Virus record (IMG/VR): IMGVR_UViG_3300005805_000282
Span: 1-32,332 of that record
Source: a virus
Lineage: Duplodnaviria > Caudoviricetes
Strand: one strand, 5' to 3'
DNA length: 32,332 nucleotides
The notes below the pieces were generated by a model, which did not search any database, had not been told where the DNA came from, and worked only from the letters and a program-made list of their open reading frames with translations. Both the position numbers and the translations under genes were made by a program. Positions 16,110 to 24,561 of this stretch are shown one piece after another. Position 1 is the first letter of the stretch. Each line of letters opens with the position of its first letter.

Positions 16110-16874
16110 TTAGAATCGCAGATTTACTTTATCTCTACGCTTGTAATTGTAGATTTCTTCAATCAATGAAATCATTTGATTGACATGCACACATGACTGC
16201 AAAGCTGATGGCTGAATTTTTACTTTTTGTAAAAGTTCCGTAATAGAAAAATCAGGATTATTGCTAAGTTTCATCAATGCAAATACAAATGAACGGCTTT
16301 TGAATCCATTAAAGTATGGCTCAAAAAGATACAGCATATCCATAAATTTTTCCGCATCTCTAACTTGTTTCTCACTAACTTTTAAAGTTCCATGTTTGAA
16401 AAATTCAAAAGGAGCTCCGGCCTTCATTCCCCCTTGACCAGTAGTGTTGCCTATCAAAATACTTGCGCCAATGCTTATGTTTAAATTATACTTACGCAAA
16501 AATTCACTAAGCGTTATGTAATCTTCATAACCAAGATCGCAGTAAGCCTGCAAATAATCTTGAGAACTCCAATTACTGCTATTAGCATTTAGAATTTGAA
16601 CCTGTAATAAACTATATCCAGGTATCATTGTGTAATGCAATGGCAATCCTAAATCACGAATGGCATGAAAGCGATGTTGTCCGTCAATAATTTCATACTT
16701 TTCATTTACCACAATTACGGTAAATAAATAGTGTTCCTGCATACTTTTCTTCAATCGGTTAATGTGCAGTAGATTTACATTTCGATTGCCATCAATGCTT
16801 TTAAACATTGAGTAATCAGTTGTCGTGTGAACTTGGTACGTAGGTACACTTAGTTCTTTCTTAGATAATAACAT
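16110..16874 (-). CDS. ParB/Srx-like N-terminal domain protein
   Basis: 'GNRNVN..HI..L..SM' and IIDGQHR. Confidence 0.75.
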   Translation of the reverse strand: MLLSKKELSVPTYQVHTTTDYSMFKSIDGNRNVNLLHINRLKKSMQEHYLFTVIVVNEKYEIIDGQHRFHAIRDLGLPLHYTMIPGYSLLQVQILNANSSNWSSQDYLQAYCDLGYEDYITLSEFLRKYNLNISIGASILIGNTTGQGGMKAGAPFEFFKHGTLKVSEKQVRDAEKFMDMLYLFEPYFNGFKSRSFVFALMKLSNNPDFSITELLQKVKIQPSALQSCVHVNQMISLIEEIYNYKRRDKVNLRF

Positions 16875-16924
16875 AAAATAAAATTGGTTTTAATTTGCCT
16901 ACTCTGTAAGGTTTTCGGCTACCC

Positions 16925-17287
16925 CTATACTTCCAAATAATTTTTAATGGTCAATGTGAATTCATCAAATGACCTGCACACTTTCACGCAATATCCTGCA
17001 TTGATTAGCTGTGCGTGAACGATTTTTTGCATATCGGAAAGCTTTCCCTTCTCGGTTTTCATCTCAATGAATAGCGCATGGTATGGGCCTGAGGGTATGC
17101 ATATCATTAAGTCAGGCATACCAGGCATGGCTCCTTCGGCTTTAAGGATGTTCCAGCGTTTGGCTCTTTGCACCGGAGTGCCACCGATAAAAACTCCATT
17201 AGGGAAGGAAGCGATTAATGTGCGCGGAAACGAATAACGAAACCACTCAACACATCGCTGCTGCATTTTGCTTTCATCATGCTTCAT
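16925..17287 (-). CDS. VRR-NUC domain nuclease (resolvase-like)
   Basis: E..Q, PNG, 'EG..PGMPDL', 'FIEMK..KGKLS..Q'. Confidence 0.88.
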   Translation of the reverse strand: MKHDESKMQQRCVEWFRYSFPRTLIASFPNGVFIGGTPVQRAKRWNILKAEGAMPGMPDLMICIPSGPYHALFIEMKTEKGKLSDMQKIVHAQLINAGYCVKVCRSFDEFTLTIKNYLEV

Positions 17288-17855
17288 TAGCTACAAGATT
17301 AGAGATTGCATACCAAAACTTACCTACATATTGTTCATCACCTTCAACCTCTATAATAGGTAGGTGCCTTTCTAGTTGGTTGAATTCCCAATGGCTCATG
17401 CTGTTTACCTCATAATCGCAGCCTAATGCAATAGGACAGTATGCAATTCTGTGCCGGTTTACAGGCGTATCAAACTTCACCAGGTAGTTAGTGCTATGGT
17501 TAATAGTTACCATGTAATAGCTGCGCAGCTCGTTAACTATTTTGCGCTTTACGATGTAATAGGTAGCAGGCCCAATGCGCCTGATGTTATGTACATCGTA
17601 TTCGCTTTGCAATGATTCATCAAAAGACTCAAGCATCTCCATTTCATCAAGATGCTGCTCCATTGCTCGGTAGCGTTTCTCCTTTTGATCTACGTCAAAC
17701 ACCATCTTGCACCAATTCAGCATCGTGTGCGTATTAATGTTTAATGCTTTTGCTATCGAATGATAGGGCATAGAGTTGATATGCTTAGTAATAAAGAGCA
17801 CATCTTCGCGTGATGGTACTTTTTGGTTCCGTTTTAGACTGATTCCTTTATTCAT
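17277..17855 (-). CDS. Hypothetical protein with N-terminal HTH-like segment
   Basis: 'IAKALNINTHTMLNW'. Confidence 0.6.
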   Translation of the reverse strand: MNKGISLKRNQKVPSREDVLFITKHINSMPYHSIAKALNINTHTMLNWCKMVFDVDQKEKRYRAMEQHLDEMEMLESFDESLQSEYDVHNIRRIGPATYYIVKRKIVNELRSYYMVTINHSTNYLVKFDTPVNRHRIAYCPIALGCDYEVNSMSHWEFNQLERHLPIIEVEGDEQYVGKFWYAISNLVANEA

Positions 17856-18081
17856 CGCCTTCGTGTTTAATGGTTATGTGTTCGACTAGTTCAGTTACAG
17901 GCATGTCTAATGCCTTTGCAAGGTTAACAAGTTGGCTCACCTTAATGCTTCCACTATCGTGCATCCAGTTGTATAGCGTCTTCCGTACGATGGGTGTATT
18001 GCTACGCTGCATCGCTCGAAGTAGGGCAAGCTTACTGCCTACCCTACTTTCAATTAATAGATTCAATTTACTATTCTTCAT
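17848..18081 (-). CDS. XRE/Cro-like HTH regulator
   Basis: 'RKTLYNW...QLVNLAKALDMPVTEL'. Confidence 0.75.
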   Translation of the reverse strand: MKNSKLNLLIESRVGSKLALLRAMQRSNTPIVRKTLYNWMHDSGSIKVSQLVNLAKALDMPVTELVEHITIKHEGDE

Positions 18082-18410
18082 TCTATCGGTTTTAGATGGT
18101 GATTTAATGCGTAGTACAAATCACGATGAGCCTTTGTGAATTGCTCTTCGAATTCATCGCTAGTGATGCGAAGCATATTGTCTTGATCCATTTGCTTCTT
18201 GAGATGTTCAGCAGCTTCCGTATCATCTTTGTACGAGCGTGTAGATACACTCCAATTACCATTCAAATCGTAGATGGTAATTAGTGTACGCTCTTCTGTC
18301 ATGCAGAAGAATGTTTTAAGATACCTGCCTGTGCTGAAGAAGAATGGCAGTTCAATGTTGTTGGTTTCAACTGTTACCGGTACACGGTGTTTGATTTCTA
18401 AAGTGTTCAT
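18078..18410 (-). CDS. Hypothetical protein
   Basis: ORF with CAATAAC leader. Confidence 0.7.
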   Translation of the reverse strand: MNTLEIKHRVPVTVETNNIELPFFFSTGRYLKTFFCMTEERTLITIYDLNGNWSVSTRSYKDDTEAAEHLKKQMDQDNMLRITSDEFEEQFTKAHRDLYYALNHHLKPIE

Positions 18411-18428
18411 GTTATTGAGGGTTTTAAA

Positions 18429-18680
18429 TTAATAGCAATTATCGCAAGAGCATTTCACGTATGACTTATCACGCAGCTCGTCAATGGCTTCTTCTATAAA
18501 TACTTTCCAATCTTGTTCGGCTTCGCTTTCATCATTGGCAGCATTCCACTGATGCATCAAGTCAATGCATCCAGCTTTTACTTCATCATAGTAATTGAAT
18601 GCCCAATCGCAGTTAATGCATGGTACATACCCATCGTTATTAGGTGAATCGGGGTAGTTATTAATTAGCGTTGTTATCAT
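18429..18680 (-). CDS. Acidic Cys-rich hypothetical protein
   Basis: First ORF after the leftward promoter; CxxC and CxCxxC. Confidence 0.65.
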   Translation of the reverse strand: MITTLINNYPDSPNNDGYVPCINCDWAFNYYDEVKAGCIDLMHQWNAANDESEAEQDWKVFIEEAIDELRDKSYVKCSCDNCY

Positions 18681-18692
18681 AGTGTTTTATGT

Positions 18693-18715
18693 TATCTTTG
18701 TTGTGTGCAAATATA
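18693..18715. promoter_or_regulatory. Face-to-face TAnnTTTG elements (+18693-18700, -18708-18715)
   Basis: Two consensus matches at the strand-switch point. Confidence 0.6.
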
Positions 18716-18769
18716 TATACGAAGTGCAATTAGTTACACCAAAAATTAACAATTTTAACATTTGGTATT

Positions 18770-19306
18770 TTGGATTGCATTGATTATGAGATAAATAAGA
18801 ATTACAAGGGGTGGCTGCAAAAAGCTACGGGGCTTGCGCACGATAAAAGCAAGGGTAGTGATCTACTGCACGAGGTTTTAGCCAGGCTAATGGATAGGCC
18901 GCAAGAAGATGTGCAAGATATCGTGTGCAATGGTAAGGTAAGCAGCTACGTTAATCGTGCGCTATGGCTATCGTGGCACAGCAATAGAAGTGATTACGCG
19001 GTTAAGTATCGCAAGTATTACGATGTGATAATAGACAGCAACATTGATGACGGGAAAACAGATGAGACTTGGATAGGTGCATTCATAGATGGCGAATATC
19101 TGTTCAATGCTATTGGTCGGTTAAACGAATTCGATGCTATACTGCTGCGCCTATACAGCAAACCCGATTTCGACTACAAGCAATTAAGTGCCGATACAGG
19201 CATTCCATATAATTACCTACGCACAAGCATTCATCGTGCGCTAAAACGAATACGCGAATATGTTCAACTTCAACGTGCCATTGCACATTCAACGAGAGAG
19301 GCTTAA
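18770..19306 (+). CDS. ECF-like sigma factor (TTG start)
   Basis: Region-2-like 'DLLHEV' and region-4-like 'YKQLSADTGIPYNYLRTSIHRA'. Confidence 0.75.
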   Translation: MDCIDYEINKNYKGWLQKATGLAHDKSKGSDLLHEVLARLMDRPQEDVQDIVCNGKVSSYVNRALWLSWHSNRSDYAVKYRKYYDVIIDSNIDDGKTDETWIGAFIDGEYLFNAIGRLNEFDAILLRLYSKPDFDYKQLSADTGIPYNYLRTSIHRALKRIREYVQLQRAIAHSTREA

Positions 19307-19709
19307 CATTTGTAAAACCTGCAAATTTTTCAAGCCGATAACACAGAGCTGCGGTACTTTGCTCATAGGTGGTGAGGTAGATCCTGAAGAAAACAACGTC
19401 ACGTTTTACCGAGAGAAGATAAAGTTATGCGGATGTGTTATGCCTATCAAGACAAAGTTCCGATTTACATCCTGCCCAGCTCACAAGTGGCACAGCCTTG
19501 ATTGGAAACCTGAAGAAGTGCAAGCATTAGATGAGTTCATAAAAAGAATTCATGGCAAGCACAAGCTTGAGATGGAAGATGTACAACTGTTGTATCATTG
19601 GTTCAGCAAAGTCACTAAGAAGCACCAACAACCTTCGCAGTGTGCATCGTGCATACGTGACTTGATTAACGAATTCCGCAGACAACTAGGTAAACTCGAA
19701 ACAAAATGA
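19260..19709 (+). CDS. Cys-rich putative Zn-binding protein
   Basis: RLNICKTC, SCG, CGC, CPAHKW and CASC. Confidence 0.7.
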   Translation: MFNFNVPLHIQRERLNICKTCKFFKPITQSCGTLLIGGEVDPEENNVTFYREKIKLCGCVMPIKTKFRFTSCPAHKWHSLDWKPEEVQALDEFIKRIHGKHKLEMEDVQLLYHWFSKVTKKHQQPSQCASCIRDLINEFRRQLGKLETK

Positions 19710-20035
19710 AGATACAACTAGCACTCACTAAGATATCATTTGACTATGATGGTACTCTATCAACTACTAAGGGCAAAGAGCTGGCTGCGGAGAAAATTGC
19801 GACAGGTCATGAAGTGTGGATAATCACAGCACGTACACGCGAAGACAATAACAACGCAGTATATACCACAGCTGAACGCTTAGGCATACCACGCAAGCGC
19901 ATCAAGTTCACTAATGGACAAGACAAGTGGAAGTTCATGCAGCGATATGATATCGATATTCACTATGACAACAATTTAGATCAAGTCAACCTGATAAACG
20001 AACGCACCTTAACACGTGCAATCCTATTTACTTAA
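19706..20035 (+). CDS. Minimal HAD-superfamily protein
   Basis: FDYDGTL, ITAR, K and HYDNN motifs. Confidence 0.75.
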   Translation: MKIQLALTKISFDYDGTLSTTKGKELAAEKIATGHEVWIITARTREDNNNAVYTTAERLGIPRKRIKFTNGQDKWKFMQRYDIDIHYDNNLDQVNLINERTLTRAILFT

Positions 20036-20039
20036 ACAT

Positions 20040-20180
20040 ATGCCATTACCAACACCTACCTCCGAAGAAACAAAGAATGAATTTGTAGCACGTTGCATGA
20101 GCGATGCTAAGATGCAAAGTGAATATCCAGATGCACAGCAACGCATTGCGGTGTGCATCGTCCAATATGAGCAGAAGTAA
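20040..20180 (+). CDS. Small phage protein, 46 aa (MPLPTP..EFVARCM..QRIAVC)
   Basis: Translated by hand; fills the gap between neighbouring genes. Confidence 0.75.
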   Translation: MPLPTPTSEETKNEFVARCMSDAKMQSEYPDAQQRIAVCIVQYEQK

Positions 20181-20204
20181 TTGTAACTAACAAAAGAAAA
20201 CAAT

Positions 20205-20474
20205 ATGCCATTTGAAAAAGGACAATCGGGCAATCCTAATGGTAGGCCACAAGGCGCAGTAAGCGAAAAGACCAAAATGTGGAATGAGTTAGGCGAATGG
20301 TTCACGCAGCAAGGTGCGGCTAAGTGTATGCGCATTATGAACGAGATGGAAGATGAAGAGTACATCAAACACTACACTGCGCTGCTCGAATACTTCAAGC
20401 CCAAACAAGCTAGAGTAACTCACGCTGGTGATGAAAAAGCACCTGTAGTTATCCAGGTGCATTCAGATTTGTAA
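20205..20474 (+). CDS. terS: Terminase small subunit (putative)
   Basis: MPFEKGQSGNPNGRPQG N-terminus and 'LEYFKPK'. Confidence 0.65.
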   Translation: MPFEKGQSGNPNGRPQGAVSEKTKMWNELGEWFTQQGAAKCMRIMNEMEDEEYIKHYTALLEYFKPKQARVTHAGDEKAPVVIQVHSDL

Positions 20475-20498
20475 CAAAAAGAAACCAAAAACTACAAT
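20470..20498 (+). promoter_or_regulatory. Putative late promoter TGTAAC-N17-TACAAT
   Basis: Resembles the motif at 4-31; heads the tail operon. Confidence 0.5.
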
Positions 20499-20511
20499 AA
20501 TAACAGAGGCA

Positions 20512-21114
20512 ATGAAAGTTAAAGTTCAAATAGCAGCTAACGCTACAGGTGTAACCCTTGGGAAATACATCGACTATCAAAACGCAGTCGATAAGATTGA
20601 GCAAGTGCATATCATCACAGGCAAGAGCAGCGAAAGCATACGCCAATTTCAAACGCAAGTGATTGATGAAATCATTATGCGTTTTGATGCTGCTATAAAA
20701 TTGGGCAGCGATAACTTCGAACGCAAGGTGCGCATAGGTGCAACCGAATATGGCTTCATTCCTAACCTAACTGAAATGACCTTTGGTGAATATGTAGACT
20801 TAGACAGCGCATGCACCAATCTGTACAAGGATGGAAAGATAAATGGTGAAGCTGCGCACAAGATGATGTGCATACTATATCGCCCTATCAAAGCCAAGTT
20901 CGGTAAGTATTACGATATCGATAAATACAACACCAACGCGAAGCGCAAGTACGAGGAAGATTTGAAGCAGCTAACGCTTGACCATGTGCTTAACACGTTG
21001 GTTTTTTTTTCGAGTTTAGAAATCGAACTATACAGCAGTTCCCTCGATTATTTGGCAAAGGAGATAACGGAGATAGTGAAGGAGATGACGGAGGAACAAC
21101 CCCAGACGGCCTAG
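20512..21114 (+). CDS. Tail assembly chaperone, zero-frame product
   Basis: 'YGFIPNL.EMTFGEYVDLD..ILYRPI'; contains a G-T9-C slippery site. Confidence 0.65.
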   Translation: MKVKVQIAANATGVTLGKYIDYQNAVDKIEQVHIITGKSSESIRQFQTQVIDEIIMRFDAAIKLGSDNFERKVRIGATEYGFIPNLTEMTFGEYVDLDSACTNLYKDGKINGEAAHKMMCILYRPIKAKFGKYYDIDKYNTNAKRKYEEDLKQLTLDHVLNTLVFFSSLEIELYSSSLDYLAKEITEIVKEMTEEQPQTA

Positions 21115-21278
21115 CTGTTTATGGTTGGTTTCATATTATTGAGTCGCTTGCAGATCGTGACATAACAAAGTTTGATGCTGTAACCGAGCGCGGAGTATAT
21201 GAAGTGTTCACGCACCTAACGTATCTAGCAGATTACGTGTATGTGCAGAAAGTTGAAATGAGAAAACGACAACATTGA
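21003..21278 (+). CDS. -1 frameshift extension of the tail chaperone (FFFEFRNR...YGWFHIIESLADRDITKFDAV...KRQH)
   Basis: 91 open codons starting in the T9 run, with no ATG until the last few codons. The stop overlaps the next ATG (TGATG). Confidence 0.8.
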   Translation, partial: FFFEFRNRTIQQFPRLFGKGDNGDSEGDDGGTTPDGLAVYGWFHIIESLADRDITKFDAVTERGVYEVFTHLTYLADYVYVQKVEMRKRQH

Positions 21279-24022
21279 TGAGTTACAACTATAGCTATAA
21301 CGTCCTGATAAATCGCCTTGAAGCATTTGCTGCAGGTCACTTTTTGATTAAGCGATTTACGCATGGTCAAATCGATATGGCTGACCAAATGCAGGACGAT
21401 GAATATCCATTCATGCACGTTACACCTGATACTATCGAGCCGGTGCAAGGTGGAATGCAGTTCGGTTTTCACATCATCTTCGCAGATATACCACGCGATA
21501 AGGAAGTAAAGACCGAATATCAACGCGAAGTGATAAGCGATTGTGTTAGGTTAGGGCAAGACTTGATAGCTGAAATACGCAATGGCTTGCAGCTATTCGG
21601 ATTCAATGTTCAGCTCGTTAATAACCCAGTGTTCGAGCCTTTCATGGAAGAGCAAAAGAACACGGTTACAGGTGTTGCCTTCACGATTAAATTGGAAGTG
21701 CCTTGGGATTGGTCAGCTTGTGATATACCTGCGATATGGTCAACAGGTGGAGAGAGTACAGGTGGTAGTGGTGAAGGCTTTGGCATATTGCTTCAGACTA
21801 ATAGCGTCAACAATCAAGTTCAATCGCTGCTCAACTTAGTCAATGGTACGAACATCACAATAGTTGACAATGGAGATGGCAGCGTTACCATCAATTCAAC
21901 AGGCGGTGGTGGTGGTGGTGGGAGCGTTACTAGTGTAGCATTATCATTGCCTTCACCTGCTAATGCTGCGTTAAGTGTTAGCGGTTCACCTATAACAACA
22001 AGTGGTACGTTTTCAATTACTGCTAACGGAACTGCCCTACAATATATCGACGGCACAGGAGCACTCAAAACGTTTCCCGATATACCTGCTACTTTAAACG
22101 ACCTAATAAAAGGAACTCAAAAAGGGCAATTAATAGAATACGATGGTACAGCGTGGGTTGTAATCAATGGACTTTCGCTTGATAAGTTAACCGATGTATC
22201 TCTTACGACTCCGAGCAACGGACAAGTATTAACGTATGATTCCACTTCAAGCAAATGGAAAGCCGTTACACCTGCGGCGGGAGGTTCGGTTACATCAGTA
22301 GGCTTATCAATGCCTGCTGCATTCAGCGTTACAGGTTCACCAGTTACCACATCGGGAACTTTAGCAGTAACGGCTACAGGTACTTCATCTCAGTACATTG
22401 ATGGTACAGGTGCGTTACAAACACTCCCAAGCGGTGGCATTAAACATGGCACAGCATCCGGCACAGATACCTATGCTGTAACAATTAGTGGTGTTGCATC
22501 ATACGCGGATGGCGATGCTTACTTGGTGCGCTTCTCGAATGGCAACACAACAGGATGCACACTTAACATCAATGCACTCGGTGCTATTCCGCTTTATCGC
22601 AACAATGATGGAGCGTTAATCGGTGGCGATATTTGGGACGGCGCAGAAATGCTTTGCATATACAACAGCACACTTGCAGTGTTTCAATGCATAGGTACTT
22701 CGCCAAATAGCTTGTTTGCCTATGTAACAAATGCTGAAGCATCTACTACCATCACAAAAGGACAACCTGTTTATGCCTTTGGTGGTACAGGCGACCGATT
22801 GACAGTGAAGCTTGCGTACAACACTAGCGATGCAACGAGTGCACAGACAGTTGGTATGGTAGTATCAACCTCGATAGCACCAAATCAAAAGGGTATTATC
22901 ATAGTAGCCGGTCAGCTTGACAATCTTAGCACACTGCCAACATCCACTTTTGCGGATGGAGATGCAATATACTTAGGTGCAACAGCAGGTTCAATTACTA
23001 ACGTCAAACCTGCAGCACCTAATCACCTTGTTTATTTAGGTATAGTAACAACAGCAAGTGCAGGTAACGCAGGTCGCATGTACGTGCGTGTGCAGAATGG
23101 CTATGAGATGAACGAGCTGCATGATGTGCAGTCTAGCGGTGCGGTTAACAATGATATTCTGTATCGCGATACTGCAGTGAATCTTTGGAAACCTGCTTCG
23201 ATTCCTGCCATACTTGGATATACACCTGTAACAAACGCACGCACCATTAGCACCACTTCACCTTTGAGCGGTGGTGGTGATTTGACAGCTAACAGAACGC
23301 TATCGATAGCAGATGCTGTTGCAGATGGAACAACAAAAGGAGCGGCGGCGTTTACTGCATCGGATTTTGATAGTGCAAGTGGTGTGATTTCACTTGACTA
23401 CACCAATGGTCAAAAGGCAAGTGCGCTGCAACCTGGCTTTCTTAGCAGCGCAGATTGGTCAACCTTTAATGGTAAGCAAAACAATATAGGTTTAACAACA
23501 GTAGGTACTAACTTAGCTACGCTTGCAAATCCTAGCGCGATACGCTACATCCGCATCAATGCAGATAACAGCATAAGCGCATTATCACTTGCTGACCTTA
23601 AAACGGATTTAGGCTTAGGCACAGTAATACTTGCAGCGGATTGGTCTAATACAGGAACAGCAGGTTATGAAGATGTAACTGGTTTTAGTTTCGCTGTAAC
23701 AAATGGCAAGACGTATAAATGGCGTAGCACTATAGCCATCACTCAAACAGCTACAGGTGCAGTTGCTATCAATGGGCCAACGGTAACATTCAACCGCTAT
23801 CGCTTCACCTATCCTAGTGGTGCATCGAGTAACGCAGTTGGTAACTACACTACGTACAATCAGCCAACAGTAAACACTACGTTAGCCAATGGTGTGGTAA
23901 CATCGGATGGTATTTTTAAAGCTTCAGCAAATGGTACTTTAATCATTCGTGGTAGATCATCATCAATCGGTGGATTAACAATACTAGCAGGTAGCATAGT
24001 TGAGTGGGAGGAGGTGTTGTAA
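21278..24022 (+). CDS. Tail-completion-like domain fused to a long fibre
   Basis: ~150 aa globular N-terminus ('YPFMHV', 'EPF.E', 'ACDIP') followed by G/S/T-rich repeats. Confidence 0.7.
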   Translation: MSYNYSYNVLINRLEAFAAGHFLIKRFTHGQIDMADQMQDDEYPFMHVTPDTIEPVQGGMQFGFHIIFADIPRDKEVKTEYQREVISDCVRLGQDLIAEIRNGLQLFGFNVQLVNNPVFEPFMEEQKNTVTGVAFTIKLEVPWDWSACDIPAIWSTGGESTGGSGEGFGILLQTNSVNNQVQSLLNLVNGTNITIVDNGDGSVTINSTGGGGGGGSVTSVALSLPSPANAALSVSGSPITTSGTFSITANGTALQYIDGTGALKTFPDIPATLNDLIKGTQKGQLIEYDGTAWVVINGLSLDKLTDVSLTTPSNGQVLTYDSTSSKWKAVTPAAGGSVTSVGLSMPAAFSVTGSPVTTSGTLAVTATGTSSQYIDGTGALQTLPSGGIKHGTASGTDTYAVTISGVASYADGDAYLVRFSNGNTTGCTLNINALGAIPLYRNNDGALIGGDIWDGAEMLCIYNSTLAVFQCIGTSPNSLFAYVTNAEASTTITKGQPVYAFGGTGDRLTVKLAYNTSDATSAQTVGMVVSTSIAPNQKGIIIVAGQLDNLSTLPTSTFADGDAIYLGATAGSITNVKPAAPNHLVYLGIVTTASAGNAGRMYVRVQNGYEMNELHDVQSSGAVNNDILYRDTAVNLWKPASIPAILGYTPVTNARTISTTSPLSGGGDLTANRTLSIADAVADGTTKGAAAFTASDFDSASGVISLDYTNGQKASALQPGFLSSADWSTFNGKQNNIGLTTVGTNLATLANPSAIRYIRINADNSISALSLADLKTDLGLGTVILAADWSNTGTAGYEDVTGFSFAVTNGKTYKWRSTIAITQTATGAVAINGPTVTFNRYRFTYPSGASSNAVGNYTTYNQPTVNTTLANGVVTSDGIFKASANGTLIIRGRSSSIGGLTILAGSIVEWEEVL

Positions 24023-24561
24023 TGAGCGAATTCGAAGCGTTATTGAATGAGTATGCGGCAACTGTTGTCGAACGTGCGAAGTCGAATCTGCGCATCAAAC
24101 GAAGGGTGCGTGGTAAGGTGGTTAATCGTGTTGCATCTGGTCACTTGCTTAACTCACTTGTGTACAAGCTACGCATCCGATATCGCAAGCCTACGCTAGA
24201 CTTCACAGTTGACAATGAACAGGCAGGACAATACGCGGATGTGATTGAGTGGGGAAGAAGGCCCGGTGCACGAGCACCAAAGTCTGAGTATATTGAAGAT
24301 TGGTTGCGCGATAAAATCAAAATAGGTACTCTTAAATTACGCAATAATCAGGGGCAATTTGTCAAGGCTACTGAAAGTAGAATTAAGAGTGCAGCATATG
24401 CCATTGCACAAAGCATTGGCAAGAATGGTATTGAAGGCATACACTACTATCGTGATGCTATCAATGATACTTGGGAAGATTACAAAGCACCTTTGATGGC
24501 TATGTATGCTAAAGATATTGAAACGAGATTATTGTTGAACAAACGAACAAGAAAAAAATAG
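24022..24561 (+). CDS. Neck/tail component (HK97 gp10-like, basic)
   Basis: TAATG overlap; 'ASGHLLNS', 'YADVIEWGRRPG' and 'AIAQSIGKNGI'. Confidence 0.65.
   Translation: MSEFEALLNEYAATVVERAKSNLRIKRRVRGKVVNRVASGHLLNSLVYKLRIRYRKPTLDFTVDNEQAGQYADVIEWGRRPGARAPKSEYIEDWLRDKIKIGTLKLRNNQGQFVKATESRIKSAAYAIAQSIGKNGIEGIHYYRDAINDTWEDYKAPLMAMYAKDIETRLLLNKRTRKK

Noticed and set aside
16897-16924. Short GC-containing spacer upstream of the ParB-like gene
   Set aside because: Only 3-4 bp of pairing; no convincing structure.
20182-20204. TGTAAC upstream of terS as a third late promoter
   Set aside because: No TAYAAT box at 16-17 bp spacing before the ATG.
21920-22418. Fibre repeats as a diversity-generating retroelement TR/VR pair
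   Set aside because: There is no reverse transcriptase, both copies are coding, and the differences are not adenine-specific.
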